This document shows positions 1-8,682 of a stretch of 64,000 nucleotides of DNA, piece by piece. The stretch is from an uncultured Gemmatimonadaceae bacterium (lineage in GTDB: Bacteria > Gemmatimonadota > Gemmatimonadetes > Gemmatimonadales > Gemmatimonadaceae). Below the pieces are notes generated by a model, which made no database searches, had not been told where the DNA came from, and saw only the letters and a program-made list of their open reading frames with translations. Made by a program: the position numbers and the translations under genes. The DNA lies in contig CAVXGK010000002.1 in the NCBI GenBank assembly GCA_963761305.1, forward strand, positions 1,696,001-1,760,000, written 5' to 3'. Position 1 is the first letter of the stretch, and every line of letters begins with the position of its first letter.

Positions 1-160
1 TCCATGACCCCGACTTCCGCCGAGGGCACGACCACCGCTGCGGTCCTCATGGCCCGCCGATTCGGCCGTCCGGTCACGCAGCGCAAACCGCCCCAGAGCG
101 CCGGCTGTTCTCCATGGCGAGATCGAACACCTCCTCTCGCCACAGTCGGATACACAGCAC

Positions 161-1483
161 ATGCGCGAAAGCGCCGAGCGTGCCGGATCGAGGTTGGACA
201 CTGTTGTCCGTCGCGATCCTATACTGGAAATCAGGAGCGCCTACGACGCGAAGGACTTCGCTCGCTGCGCGTCGTTGTGTAGACCGATGCTGGCGCGGCC
301 GCCACGGCCGATCAATACCGGCGTAGCGATTTGCTACGGAAAATGCCTTCTTCAACTCGATCGGCGGTGCGACGAAGCGCTTCCCTTCCTGCGGCGCGCC
401 GCTCGGCAGTGCCCGCGCGACCAGGAAGCCAATTGGGTGGATGCGCAGACGTTCCTCGCCGTCGCCCTCGCGTCGTCGGGCGAGTTCGAGGAGGCCACCG
501 AGGTGCTGCGCGCGTTTGCGGGCGCTCGCCTGCGGTCGCCGGCAAGCATAGGCGGAGTCCAAGCCCACGCAGTCTTGGCGGCGACGGACGACTGGCGTCG
601 CGGATGGTCGCTGCACGAATCGCGTCGCTATAGCCCGGCGGTCGCCGTTCGCGGGATGGATGGCGCTCCGCGCTGGAACGGCGCCGACAACCCGGCGACG
701 ATTGCCATCATCGACGAGCAGGGGCTGGGCGACGCCGTGCTCATGGCGCGGTGGATCCCGTGGCTCATCGCCACGACGGGCCGAAGGCCTCGCTTCTACG
801 GCCGCGCCTCTTTGCGCCGCTGGATCGAAGCGACCGGCTGCGAGTTCGTCGAGCGACCTGTGTACGGGAAGGTGCTCGGCGCAGACGAGAGTGAGATCGC
901 CGAGTCGAGTATCGCCCTCGCGATGAGTCTGCCCAGCTTGGCCCAGTGTGCGTCGCCGGCGGACGTTCCGCCGCCGTTCGCACCCAGCGCACTGCTCGGC
1001 GCGCGGGCCCAACGCGCCGGCGAGACAGCCGACGATCGCTATCGCGTGGGCGTGTGCTGGACGTCGACGGCCGCCAATCTCAACAAGCAGCTGCGGTTTT
1101 CGCCGGAGCAGTTCGCCGAGCTGTGGTCGCCTCTCGACGGTGTCGAGTTCGTGAACGTCACGCACGAGTCGCGGGTCGGCGCTAACGCGCCATTCGGCAT
1201 CCGTCGATTTGCCGACGTGTACGAGACCGGCGAGCTGATAGCCTCGTTGGACCTCGTCGTCACCGTCGACACGCTGGTCGCCCATCTCGCCGGCAGCCTC
1301 GGCGTTCCGACGATCGTCATCGCGCCGACGTACTACGACTGGCGCTATCGCTGGCCGGGCGAGAACGGATCACCGTTTTATCCCAGCGTTTCGGTCTTCC
1401 GTCAACAGTACGGCGACGACGTTTCGGTGCTTGCCCGTGTGCGAGCGCACCTGACCGCGACCCTGCGTCCCCACCACGCCTGA
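161..1483 (+). CDS. TPR-like / glycosyltransferase family 9-like protein
   Basis: 440 aa ORF with a helical TPR-like N-terminus, the motif EQGLGDAVL and the C-terminal GT9-type motif DLVVTVDTLVAHLAGSLGVPT...DWRY. Confidence 0.75.
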   Translation: MRESAERAGSRLDTVVRRDPILEIRSAYDAKDFARCASLCRPMLARPPRPINTGVAICYGKCLLQLDRRCDEALPFLRRAARQCPRDQEANWVDAQTFLAVALASSGEFEEATEVLRAFAGARLRSPASIGGVQAHAVLAATDDWRRGWSLHESRRYSPAVAVRGMDGAPRWNGADNPATIAIIDEQGLGDAVLMARWIPWLIATTGRRPRFYGRASLRRWIEATGCEFVERPVYGKVLGADESEIAESSIALAMSLPSLAQCASPADVPPPFAPSALLGARAQRAGETADDRYRVGVCWTSTAANLNKQLRFSPEQFAELWSPLDGVEFVNVTHESRVGANAPFGIRRFADVYETGELIASLDLVVTVDTLVAHLAGSLGVPTIVIAPTYYDWRYRWPGENGSPFYPSVSVFRQQYGDDVSVLARVRAHLTATLRPHHA

Positions 1484-1489
1484 CGAAAA

Positions 1490-1520
1490 CGGGGGGAGCG
1501 CCCGATTGGCACTCCCCCCG
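1490..1520. terminator. Hairpin terminator between convergent genes
   Basis: CGGGGGGAG...CTCCCCCCG stem with an A-run on the left, lying between stops at 1483 and 1555. Confidence 0.6.
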
Positions 1521-1554
1521 CGATCGTTTCTACTTTCCTAAACTCCGCGGCGTA

Positions 1555-2943
1555 TTACGCCTTGGTATCGAGGCAGCCGTGGAAGTTCGGGTTGGCCAAC
1601 TCGGCGTCCACGACCGGGAACGCCACTTCGGTGCCGTACTGGCCCGACGGTGAGCCGTTGCGCGTGAAGTTGCCGCTCGGGAACACCTTGTCCTGCGTGC
1701 GCCCGTACTGGCGGACCAGCCGCCGCAGGTCGTTCATGCGCCAGCCGCGCTGGAACTGCCAGAGCGCCTTCTCGCGGAAGAACACGTCCGTCGCGGTCGA
1801 AGCAGTCGGCGTCGGAAGGGCGGCCATCGCCGCAACCTTGAAAATGCCGAGCGTCTGCGGCGTGGTACGGAGCGTGTTCAGGATCGTCGTCATCCCGGCG
1901 AAGTCGTTCGTCTGCAGCTTGGCCTCGGCCTCGATCAGACGCGCGTCGATGCCCGAAACGACCGGGATCGGATCATCCCGTCCCCAGTTGTTGACCTGCA
2001 CGAAGTCGGTGACGTTGTCCTCGCCAGGCTTCTTCGTATCCGTGATCGAGACGCGGGGATCGTTCAGCCGCGCGAACGGAATCGCGTTGAAGATCTGGCC
2101 GGCAGTGTTCGTGCTGTCGCCCGCCGTATAGCGCTTCACGCTCGCCCCCATGATCCACCATTCGTTGTCGAACGTGGGGATGGAGTAGTCGAAGTTGTAT
2201 TGGTAGGTCGTGGGCACACTCGCCACTTCGGCCACGGCGCCGGCGAAATCGCCTAGATCAACCTTGATGCGGCCGCGCGTGATGAGCACCGCGAACTTGA
2301 CGCCCTGCGTCGTCGCGTCCGTCGCCGTGAGGAAGGTGAGCGCCGTGTCCAGCCGGGTCAACGCGAGCTTGAGGCCGTCGGCGTCGGTGAGGGGCTGGGT
2401 GTACTGCGGCACGCCGTTCACCGTCTCGCCGAATGGAATGCCGTTGCAGAACACTTCGGACATCGCCATCTCGACGTAGCCCATCTGTAAATACATCTCG
2501 CCCACGTGCTGCACGCCCGTCGGCGACTTGTCGAAGGCGAGCAGCCCGTTGATCGCGCTGCGGGCGAAACCGCGGGCCTGCTGCGCGTTTCCATAGATCG
2601 GCGTCAGCACGGCGTCGTTCGTCTGCAGGTTGCGCTGGTCGGCGTCGTTCCGCTGCGAGAAGGTATCACCGGACATGACCTCGTCGCTGAACAGCGCCTC
2701 CCAGTTCCAGAGTGCTTCCGTGTTGTTGCCGTTGCCGTTGATGGAGTTCTTCCAACGACCCAGCGCGCCGACGTAGAGCGCGTCCGCCGCCGCCGTGTTG
2801 GCCGTGGAGGCTGGGGAGATGATGCCGGGGTTCTGTGGGGCAAGCAACTCGTCGTGGGCGCTACACGCGCCGAGGAGCATGCTCCCAACGACCACCGCAG
2901 TCGCGGTGGTCGTTCGGCCGGCCCGATTTATTAGGCTCTTCAT
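1555..2943 (-). CDS. RagB/SusD-family outer-membrane lipoprotein (SusD-1)
   Basis: Lipobox LLGAC, motifs ARLIEAEA, FFREKALW and DLRRLVRQYG; directly downstream of a SusC. Confidence 0.85.
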   Translation of the reverse strand: MKSLINRAGRTTTATAVVVGSMLLGACSAHDELLAPQNPGIISPASTANTAAADALYVGALGRWKNSINGNGNNTEALWNWEALFSDEVMSGDTFSQRNDADQRNLQTNDAVLTPIYGNAQQARGFARSAINGLLAFDKSPTGVQHVGEMYLQMGYVEMAMSEVFCNGIPFGETVNGVPQYTQPLTDADGLKLALTRLDTALTFLTATDATTQGVKFAVLITRGRIKVDLGDFAGAVAEVASVPTTYQYNFDYSIPTFDNEWWIMGASVKRYTAGDSTNTAGQIFNAIPFARLNDPRVSITDTKKPGEDNVTDFVQVNNWGRDDPIPVVSGIDARLIEAEAKLQTNDFAGMTTILNTLRTTPQTLGIFKVAAMAALPTPTASTATDVFFREKALWQFQRGWRMNDLRRLVRQYGRTQDKVFPSGNFTRNGSPSGQYGTEVAFPVVDAELANPNFHGCLDTKA

Positions 2944-2967
2944 ATAAGAATCGTCCTCGGACTCGGT

Positions 2968-5900
2968 TTAGTAGTGGAGGTTCGCGCGAACCAGGAAGTA
3001 CGTGCGCGGCGCGATCGTGGAGAAGTCGGTCTGGGTGTCACCGGCGTTGTAGTTCGCTTCGGGATCCGTGCCGGTGTACTTCGTCCACGTGTGCAGGTTG
3101 CGCGCGGAGAAGACGAGCTGCGCGTCACGAGCGCGGATCTTGTTCGCGAAGGAGGTCGGCAGCGTGAGCGCGGCCGAAACCTCGCGCAGCTTCCAGAACT
3201 GGCCGTTCTCGAGGTAGCCCTCGACCGACGACGGGTTCTTGGCGCTCGAATTGGCGACCGTGCGGGCCTGGTCCCACAGCGGCGTGTTCTTGAGGTTTTC
3301 CGAATACCAGGTGGCGAAGTTCTGGGAGTAGAACTGGCCCGACTGGTTGTACAGAATGTATCCGCCCTTGTAGTCGGTGAGTACCGTGAAGCGCAGCTTG
3401 CGGTTGAACAGATCGAGGCCGTTCGTCACCGAGAAGATGTCGCGCGGGATCGAGTAACCGACGTACACGAAGTTCGGCGACACCGTCACTTCGTTCGGCG
3501 TGATGATGCCGTCGCCGTTGGCGTCGGCGAACGTGTACGGGCGGGCGAAGAAGCCGTTGACCGATTCGCCGCTCGAGTCGCGGGTTGTGCCCGTGCCGAT
3601 CGTCGGCAGCGGCTTGCCCGTCGCGTCGTTACCGATCGAGTTGATCTTGTTCGAGTTGTGCGACGCGGCGATCGTCACGTCCCAACCGAGCGCGCGGCGA
3701 TCGATCAACGTCGTGTTCAGCGAGGCCTCGAGACCGCTGTTCGAGACCGACGCCAGGTTGTTGACCACGGACAGTGTGGAGGCGCCCGACGACGCCGCGA
3801 GCGGCTGCGACACCAGGGCGTCGTGCGTCGTCTTCGAGTAGTACGTGAAGTCGAAGTGGGCGCGGTTGTTCAACACGCTCGTCTCGAAGCCCATCTCGGA
3901 CTCGATCGAACGCTCCGGCTTGAGGGTGGGGTTGCCCAGAGCCGCCGCGATGAGGCCCGGCGTGTCCGCGCCGGCCGTGCCGCCGGCCGCCGCGACGTTC
4001 GCCGTCGACGCGCTGAACGTCTGGAGCGCCACCGTGCTGCCCGGCTGGTTGCCCGACGCGCCATACGCGCCGCGCAAACGCAGTTGGTTCAGCCAATCGA
4101 AGTGCGGGAAGAAGCTCTCATCGGAGATGATGTACGAGACGCTCGCCTTCGGATAGAGAACGCGCTGGTACTTGGTACCGAACGCGCTGTTCTGGTCCGA
4201 GCGCGCCGCCGCCACGAGGAAGAGGCGGTCGCGGATCGACGCCTGCTCCTGCCCGTAGTACCCGAGGATCTTCGTGACCGTCTGGAGCGTGTTGCCGCCC
4301 GTGACGGTGGCCGCGGCGCCGACCGACTGCGCGCCCGGCGGGAGCTGCTGGCCGGTGTCGTTCACACCGTCGGTTTCGTTGTTGCCGTACTCGGTGCCCA
4401 GGGTGGTCTTGAAGTTCACGGTGCTCGTGGCCTGCCAGGTCATGTTGCTCGTGACCTTCGCCGTGAAGTTGCGCAGGTTCGTCTGCGTGTCACTGACCCG
4501 GCCCAGACGCGTCGTGCCGGAGTTCGGGCACTCGCCGAAGCGGCAGATGCTGCTGAAGATGTTGTCGGCGAGGTCGATGCCGGTCGTGGCCTGGTTGTTC
4601 ATCCACGCGAAGGGGCGCCACGTGGCATCGGCCGACCCGAGGAAGCGCTGCGTGCCGTTCGTGTTGTAGTTCTGGAACGTTTGCGCCGGGCTGAACCCGC
4701 CGTAGCCGTTCCGGTACTCGTTGAGCGAGCCGAGCTCGTTGTAGGTCAGACCGTGGCAGTTGGTCGTGCAGGAGTAGTTGAAGCCCGGGTTGTTCAGCGC
4801 GCTGTAGATGTAGCTGAACGTGTTGTTGTCGGTCTGCGGAATCGTCTGGTTGTAGTTCGAGAACCCGGTGTTCACGTTCATGTCGAACTTCGGCGAGAAG
4901 GCGGCGCTCAGGTTCGCGCGCATGCTGTACTGCTGGTACTGCTCCGGGTTGATCCATTCGTCGCGCGCCGGCGTGCCGAGCGAGTCGAGCGTTCGGCGGG
5001 CGAACATCGGCATGAACGTCGGGCCAAGCTCGTTGGCCAGGTCGCCGCTGACGAAGAAGCGCACCTGATCCGAGCCGCCGCTCGCGTTCATCCCGTAGCC
5101 GTTGTGGTGCCCCATGTGCAGCGAGCTCGTCGCCTGGTTATTGAGCACGCTGAACGAGGTGAGGCTGTCGAGCAAGCACGAGCCCTGACTCTCGCTCACC
5201 AGCGTGCAGCGCTGGAGAGCACCGGTGGAATCGTGGCCCCACGACGCGTAGTCCGTCGGGTAGGTGTTGCGGTCATCGACGCCGCCGCCTTCACCGTACC
5301 ACGTCCAGCGCGTACTGCCGGCGCGTCCCTTCTTCGTCGTGATCACGATGACGCCGTTCGACGCGTTCGTTCCATAGAGCGTCGCCGCCGACGGACCCTT
5401 CACGATCTCGACGTCTTCGATCTCGTTCGGATCGAGGTCGTTGAGGAAGCTGGACTGCGTGCCGCCCGAGCCGAGGCCGATCGAACCGGCGTTGATGTGG
5501 ACGCCGTCGACGATATAGATCGGCGCGTTGCTGATGCCCGACCCGGTCGTGGCGAGGGAGTTGAGGCCGCGGATGCGGATCACCGGCGCCGAGCCGGTCA
5601 TCGCGCCCTCGAGCACCGAGACGCCCGGAGCCTTGGCGACCATCAGGTCACCGAGGTTCGTGATCGGCATCGTTTCTACGTTCTTATTGACGTCGCCGAG
5701 CGTTGAGACCGAGTTGCCCAGCTCGACGCGGCGCTGATCGCCGGTGGCCGTGGTCACGATTTCCTGCAGCTGAACGATCGCCTGCTGCATCGTGAAGTTG
5801 AGCGTAACGTTGGCGCCGGCGCTCACGGCTACCGCTTTCTTCTGTTCCTGGTAGCCCACGCGCAGGACGCGGACTTCAATATTGCCGGTCGGCGCGTTGC

Positions 5901-6117
5901 GAATCGTGTAACGGCCGTCGCCACCGGTCGGCACGATGATGCTGGTGTTTACCACCATGACGCGCGCATCACCGAGCGGTTCTTCGGTACCGGCCGCCGT
6001 CACACGCCCGGTGACCGTTCCTTGTGCCCGCAGCGCCGCGGGCATCGCGAGGAGGGTGGCAGCCGCGAGGATCGGAACGAGTCCGGATCCTACACGCTTC
6101 GAGGGAGTCAATCGCAT
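2968..6117 (-). CDS. SusC/RagA-family TonB-dependent receptor (SusC-1)
   Basis: Signal peptide from ATG 6117 (MRLTPSKR), carboxypeptidase-like N-domain, plug motif IEDVEIVKGPSAATLYGTNASNGVIVITTKKG, GNPTLKPE, terminal aromatic residue. Confidence 0.92.
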   Translation of the reverse strand: MRLTPSKRVGSGLVPILAAATLLAMPAALRAQGTVTGRVTAAGTEEPLGDARVMVVNTSIIVPTGGDGRYTIRNAPTGNIEVRVLRVGYQEQKKAVAVSAGANVTLNFTMQQAIVQLQEIVTTATGDQRRVELGNSVSTLGDVNKNVETMPITNLGDLMVAKAPGVSVLEGAMTGSAPVIRIRGLNSLATTGSGISNAPIYIVDGVHINAGSIGLGSGGTQSSFLNDLDPNEIEDVEIVKGPSAATLYGTNASNGVIVITTKKGRAGSTRWTWYGEGGGVDDRNTYPTDYASWGHDSTGALQRCTLVSESQGSCLLDSLTSFSVLNNQATSSLHMGHHNGYGMNASGGSDQVRFFVSGDLANELGPTFMPMFARRTLDSLGTPARDEWINPEQYQQYSMRANLSAAFSPKFDMNVNTGFSNYNQTIPQTDNNTFSYIYSALNNPGFNYSCTTNCHGLTYNELGSLNEYRNGYGGFSPAQTFQNYNTNGTQRFLGSADATWRPFAWMNNQATTGIDLADNIFSSICRFGECPNSGTTRLGRVSDTQTNLRNFTAKVTSNMTWQATSTVNFKTTLGTEYGNNETDGVNDTGQQLPPGAQSVGAAATVTGGNTLQTVTKILGYYGQEQASIRDRLFLVAAARSDQNSAFGTKYQRVLYPKASVSYIISDESFFPHFDWLNQLRLRGAYGASGNQPGSTVALQTFSASTANVAAAGGTAGADTPGLIAAALGNPTLKPERSIESEMGFETSVLNNRAHFDFTYYSKTTHDALVSQPLAASSGASTLSVVNNLASVSNSGLEASLNTTLIDRRALGWDVTIAASHNSNKINSIGNDATGKPLPTIGTGTTRDSSGESVNGFFARPYTFADANGDGIITPNEVTVSPNFVYVGYSIPRDIFSVTNGLDLFNRKLRFTVLTDYKGGYILYNQSGQFYSQNFATWYSENLKNTPLWDQARTVANSSAKNPSSVEGYLENGQFWKLREVSAALTLPTSFANKIRARDAQLVFSARNLHTWTKYTGTDPEANYNAGDTQTDFSTIAPRTYFLVRANLHY

Positions 6118-6612
6118 TGGTTCGCCCCTTAGGGAGTTTGAACTACGAGCGTTCACGTTTTCCGTGAACGGACTTCGAACGATTGTCCAGCCGTACTGCG
6201 TGAACTCACGAACTTTTCCCTGCGCCGAGAGGGATCGGCCCAGGGAGAGACTTGCTCGACGATCTAACCCATGCTGCCGCCCGCGCGTCACATTGCGGAC
6301 AGGCAAGAAACCTTTGGCGCCCGTCGCGTTCTAAGGCCCTCGCGTCATTCAGGCTATAGGAGATTGTATACGATATACGACGCAAGAAATCTCAACGCCT
6401 AGAGACATCGAATTGACCTGACGCGGCTGAGTTTGTCCAGACCAGCCCGGCGTCAGGAAAGGGATGACAGTCGGTTCTCGGAAGGGCAACGATGCGGCGG
6501 GAATCAAATCGAAAACGGCCCGTCCCGCGCCTCGTGCGGCCAAGGCGCGTGACAGCGCGTTCCGACACAATCCGGGACTAATCGCGCGGGCGATCCGCGC
6601 GTTCCCGCTTGA

Positions 6613-6692
6613 CGGTGGACCGGTGGACCGGTGGACCGGCGGACCGGCGGACCGGCGGACGGGTGGACGGGTGGACGGGTGGACCGGTGAAC
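6613..6692. repeat. 8-bp tandem repeat array (CGGTGGAC-like, 10 units)
   Basis: (CGGTGGAC)x3 (CGGCGGAC)x3 (GGGTGGAC)x3 CGGTGAAC, read directly. Confidence 0.9.
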
Positions 6693-6744
6693 GTGACGGC
6701 TGAGTCCCTGCCTCGGAGTGGCGCTCGGGGTGGAACTGTCCTCC

Positions 6745-6810
6745 GCGGACCGCTCGCAGTATTGCCGATACTGCCGGCAATACTGCAACGGCTCCGCTCC
6801 GGACAGACCC
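6745..6810 (-). repeat. REP-like palindromic element, copy A (inverted relative to B and C)
   Basis: GCAGTATTGCCG-ATACTGC-CGGCAATACTGC at 6756-6786; flanks are reverse-complementary to 6976-7040. Confidence 0.85.
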
Positions 6811-6956
6811 ACCCGCTCGCTCCCTCGAATCAGAGAACGCCAGACTGCGTGGGCGTGCCGATGGCGTCACGCTGGTCGCCCGCACGCGCATCACACCGCG
6901 ACCGCAGGACGGCGCGCGCGTTTTCGCACCAGGCGGAGTTTCACGCGCCCACGAAG

Positions 6957-7075
6957 GCAGCGCCCGAGACGGCCCGGGTCTGGAGCGCGAGCCGTTGCAG
7001 TATTGCCGGCAGTATCGGCAATACTGCGAGCGGTCGCGCGGAACGACCCCGGGCGGCTCGGGCGCGTGAACGTCG
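6957..7075 (+). repeat. REP-like palindromic element, copy B, with flanks
   Basis: GCAGTATTGCCG-GCAGTAT-CGGCAATACTGC at 6997-7027; near-identical to about 12211-12326. Confidence 0.85.
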
Positions 7076-7092
7076 GCGACCGACCTGCGACG

Positions 7093-7227
7093 CTAGCGCA
7101 GCTCGGTCTCGGCCGATCGGTTCACGGCAATGAGTGAGAGAGCGTCGAAGTCGATTTCGACCGTCGGCGAATCGCCGGCGCCGAAATCGGCCGCGCCAAA
7201 ATCGAGCGAGAGTTGCCGCACCGGAAT
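7093..7227 (-). pseudogene. rnhB: Duplicated 3' fragment of rnhB
   Basis: Translates IPVRQLSLDFGAADFGAGDSPTVEIDFDALSLIAVNRSAETELR*, colinear with the RNase HII C-terminus IPVRQLSLDFGVADLVTSDSPDVEIDFEALSLIAVNRSTQAELR*. Confidence 0.85.
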
Positions 7228-7238
7228 GCGAGCGTTCC

Positions 7239-7283
7239 CGGTGGACCGGTGGACCGGTCGACCCGTTGGCCGGTCGACCGGTT
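7239..7283. repeat. 8-bp CGGTGGAC-like degenerate array
   Basis: CGGTGGAC CGGTGGAC CGGTCGAC CCGTTGGC CGGTCGAC. Confidence 0.75.
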
Positions 7284-7295
7284 CCGAATCACACC

Positions 7296-8663
7296 CTACG
7301 CGTTGCGGTCCGTGCAGCCCTTGAAATTCGGGTTCGTCTTCTCGTTGTCCGTGACCGGGAAGTTCACGTCCGTGCCGTACGACGACCCCTTGAAGAAGCT
7401 TCCCACCGGAAACACCTGATCCTGGGTGCGGCCGTATTGACGGATCTGCCGCCGATCGTCTGCCAGACGCTGGCCGCGCCCGAACGTCCAGAACGCCTTC
7501 TCCCGGAAGAAGAGCGTCACCGCCGAGTCCTTCACCGTCGGTGTGGTCGCCAGCGCGGCCATCGCCGCGACCTTGAGATTGCCGATCGTCTGCCCGCTCG
7601 TTCTGAGCGCGTTGAGAATCGTCGTCATACCGGCAAAGTCACCCGTGTTGAGCTTCGCCTCGGCTTCGATCAGACGTGCGTCGATCCCGGACGCCAGCGG
7701 AACGGGGTCGCTTCGCTGCGCCGAGATCTGCTGATCGAACAGGCCCGTCGTGCCGTCGAACCCCACCTTCTTCGTGTTCGTGACGGGCACGCGCGGATCG
7801 CCCGCCGACGCGAACGGCAGCGCGTTCTTCACCACGCCGGTGGCGTCGACGCTGTCGCCTACGGTATAGCGGCCCTGACTGATGTTGAGGCTCCAGAGCT
7901 GGTTGTCGCCCGTCGTCTGGTCGAACGTGAGCAGATAGGCGGTGCTCGTCGGAACGGCACTCGCCGGGACCAGCGCGGCGGCCTGCGCGAACTGTCCCTG
8001 GTCCACCAGCACCCGCGCGCGCATCACCAGCAACGCTTGCTTCTGCGCGACGGACAACGCGTCGCTCCCCTGACTGCGCGCCAGCGCGCTGTCGAAGAAA
8101 AACGCCGCGCGCTTGTAGATGGAGTCGGTCGTCAACTGCGGCCCGTACACATAGATGCCGTTCGTCGTGTAGGTCTCCGGAATGCCGTTGCAGAAGTTCT
8201 CGGCGATCGTGAGCTCGGTGAAACCCGCGGCCATGTACATCTGGCCGATGTTTCGCGTCGAGTCAGGCGTGTACTTGTTGAGCAGGTCGATCGCCGTGCG
8301 AATGAAGCCGCGCGCCTGTTGGACCGTTGTGTACGCGGTCTGGACGTTGGCGTTGTTGGTCTGCACCGACCGCTGGTCGGTTTCATTGCGCTGCGAGAAC
8401 GTGTCGCTCGACTTCCATTCATCGGTCAGCAGGCCGCCGTAGAGCCACATGCTCTCGCTGCCGGCGGTGATCGACTTGAGGCGTCCGAACGCGCCGACGC
8501 GCACCGCCTCGGCCGCGGCCGGCGAGTTGACGGAAGCCGGATCGATCACGCTTGGATTCTGCGGCGCGAGCAACTCTTCCTTCCAACCGCAGCCGGCGGC
8601 GGCGATCAACCCGGCGATCGCCGGGATCCACGCCCAACGCGGGCGATTCGTGAGATTCAACAT
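7296..8663 (-). CDS. RagB/SusD-family outer-membrane lipoprotein (SusD-2)
   Basis: Lipobox AAAGC; shares SDTFSQRN-like, SGIDARLIEAEAKL, FFREKA and RQYGRTQD motifs with SusD-1. Confidence 0.85.
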   Translation of the reverse strand: MLNLTNRPRWAWIPAIAGLIAAAGCGWKEELLAPQNPSVIDPASVNSPAAAEAVRVGAFGRLKSITAGSESMWLYGGLLTDEWKSSDTFSQRNETDQRSVQTNNANVQTAYTTVQQARGFIRTAIDLLNKYTPDSTRNIGQMYMAAGFTELTIAENFCNGIPETYTTNGIYVYGPQLTTDSIYKRAAFFFDSALARSQGSDALSVAQKQALLVMRARVLVDQGQFAQAAALVPASAVPTSTAYLLTFDQTTGDNQLWSLNISQGRYTVGDSVDATGVVKNALPFASAGDPRVPVTNTKKVGFDGTTGLFDQQISAQRSDPVPLASGIDARLIEAEAKLNTGDFAGMTTILNALRTSGQTIGNLKVAAMAALATTPTVKDSAVTLFFREKAFWTFGRGQRLADDRRQIRQYGRTQDQVFPVGSFFKGSSYGTDVNFPVTDNEKTNPNFKGCTDRNA

Positions 8664-8682
8664 GTGAATTCGTCCTCGTCGG

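Noticed and set aside
2974..5706. Long antisense ORFs, such as 910 aa here, 904 aa at 56966-59680 and 577 aa at 21876-23609
   Set aside because: Shadow ORFs opposite well-supported genes, expected at high GC; they show no recognisable motifs.
6118..6600. Riboswitch in the long susC-1 leader
   Set aside because: No TPP, cobalamin or other aptamer consensus could be recognised by eye; an Rfam scan is needed.
6349..7137. ORFs across the susD-2/susC-1 spacer and across 11826-12381
   Set aside because: Their translations are dominated by repeats and palindromes, with no protein-like features.
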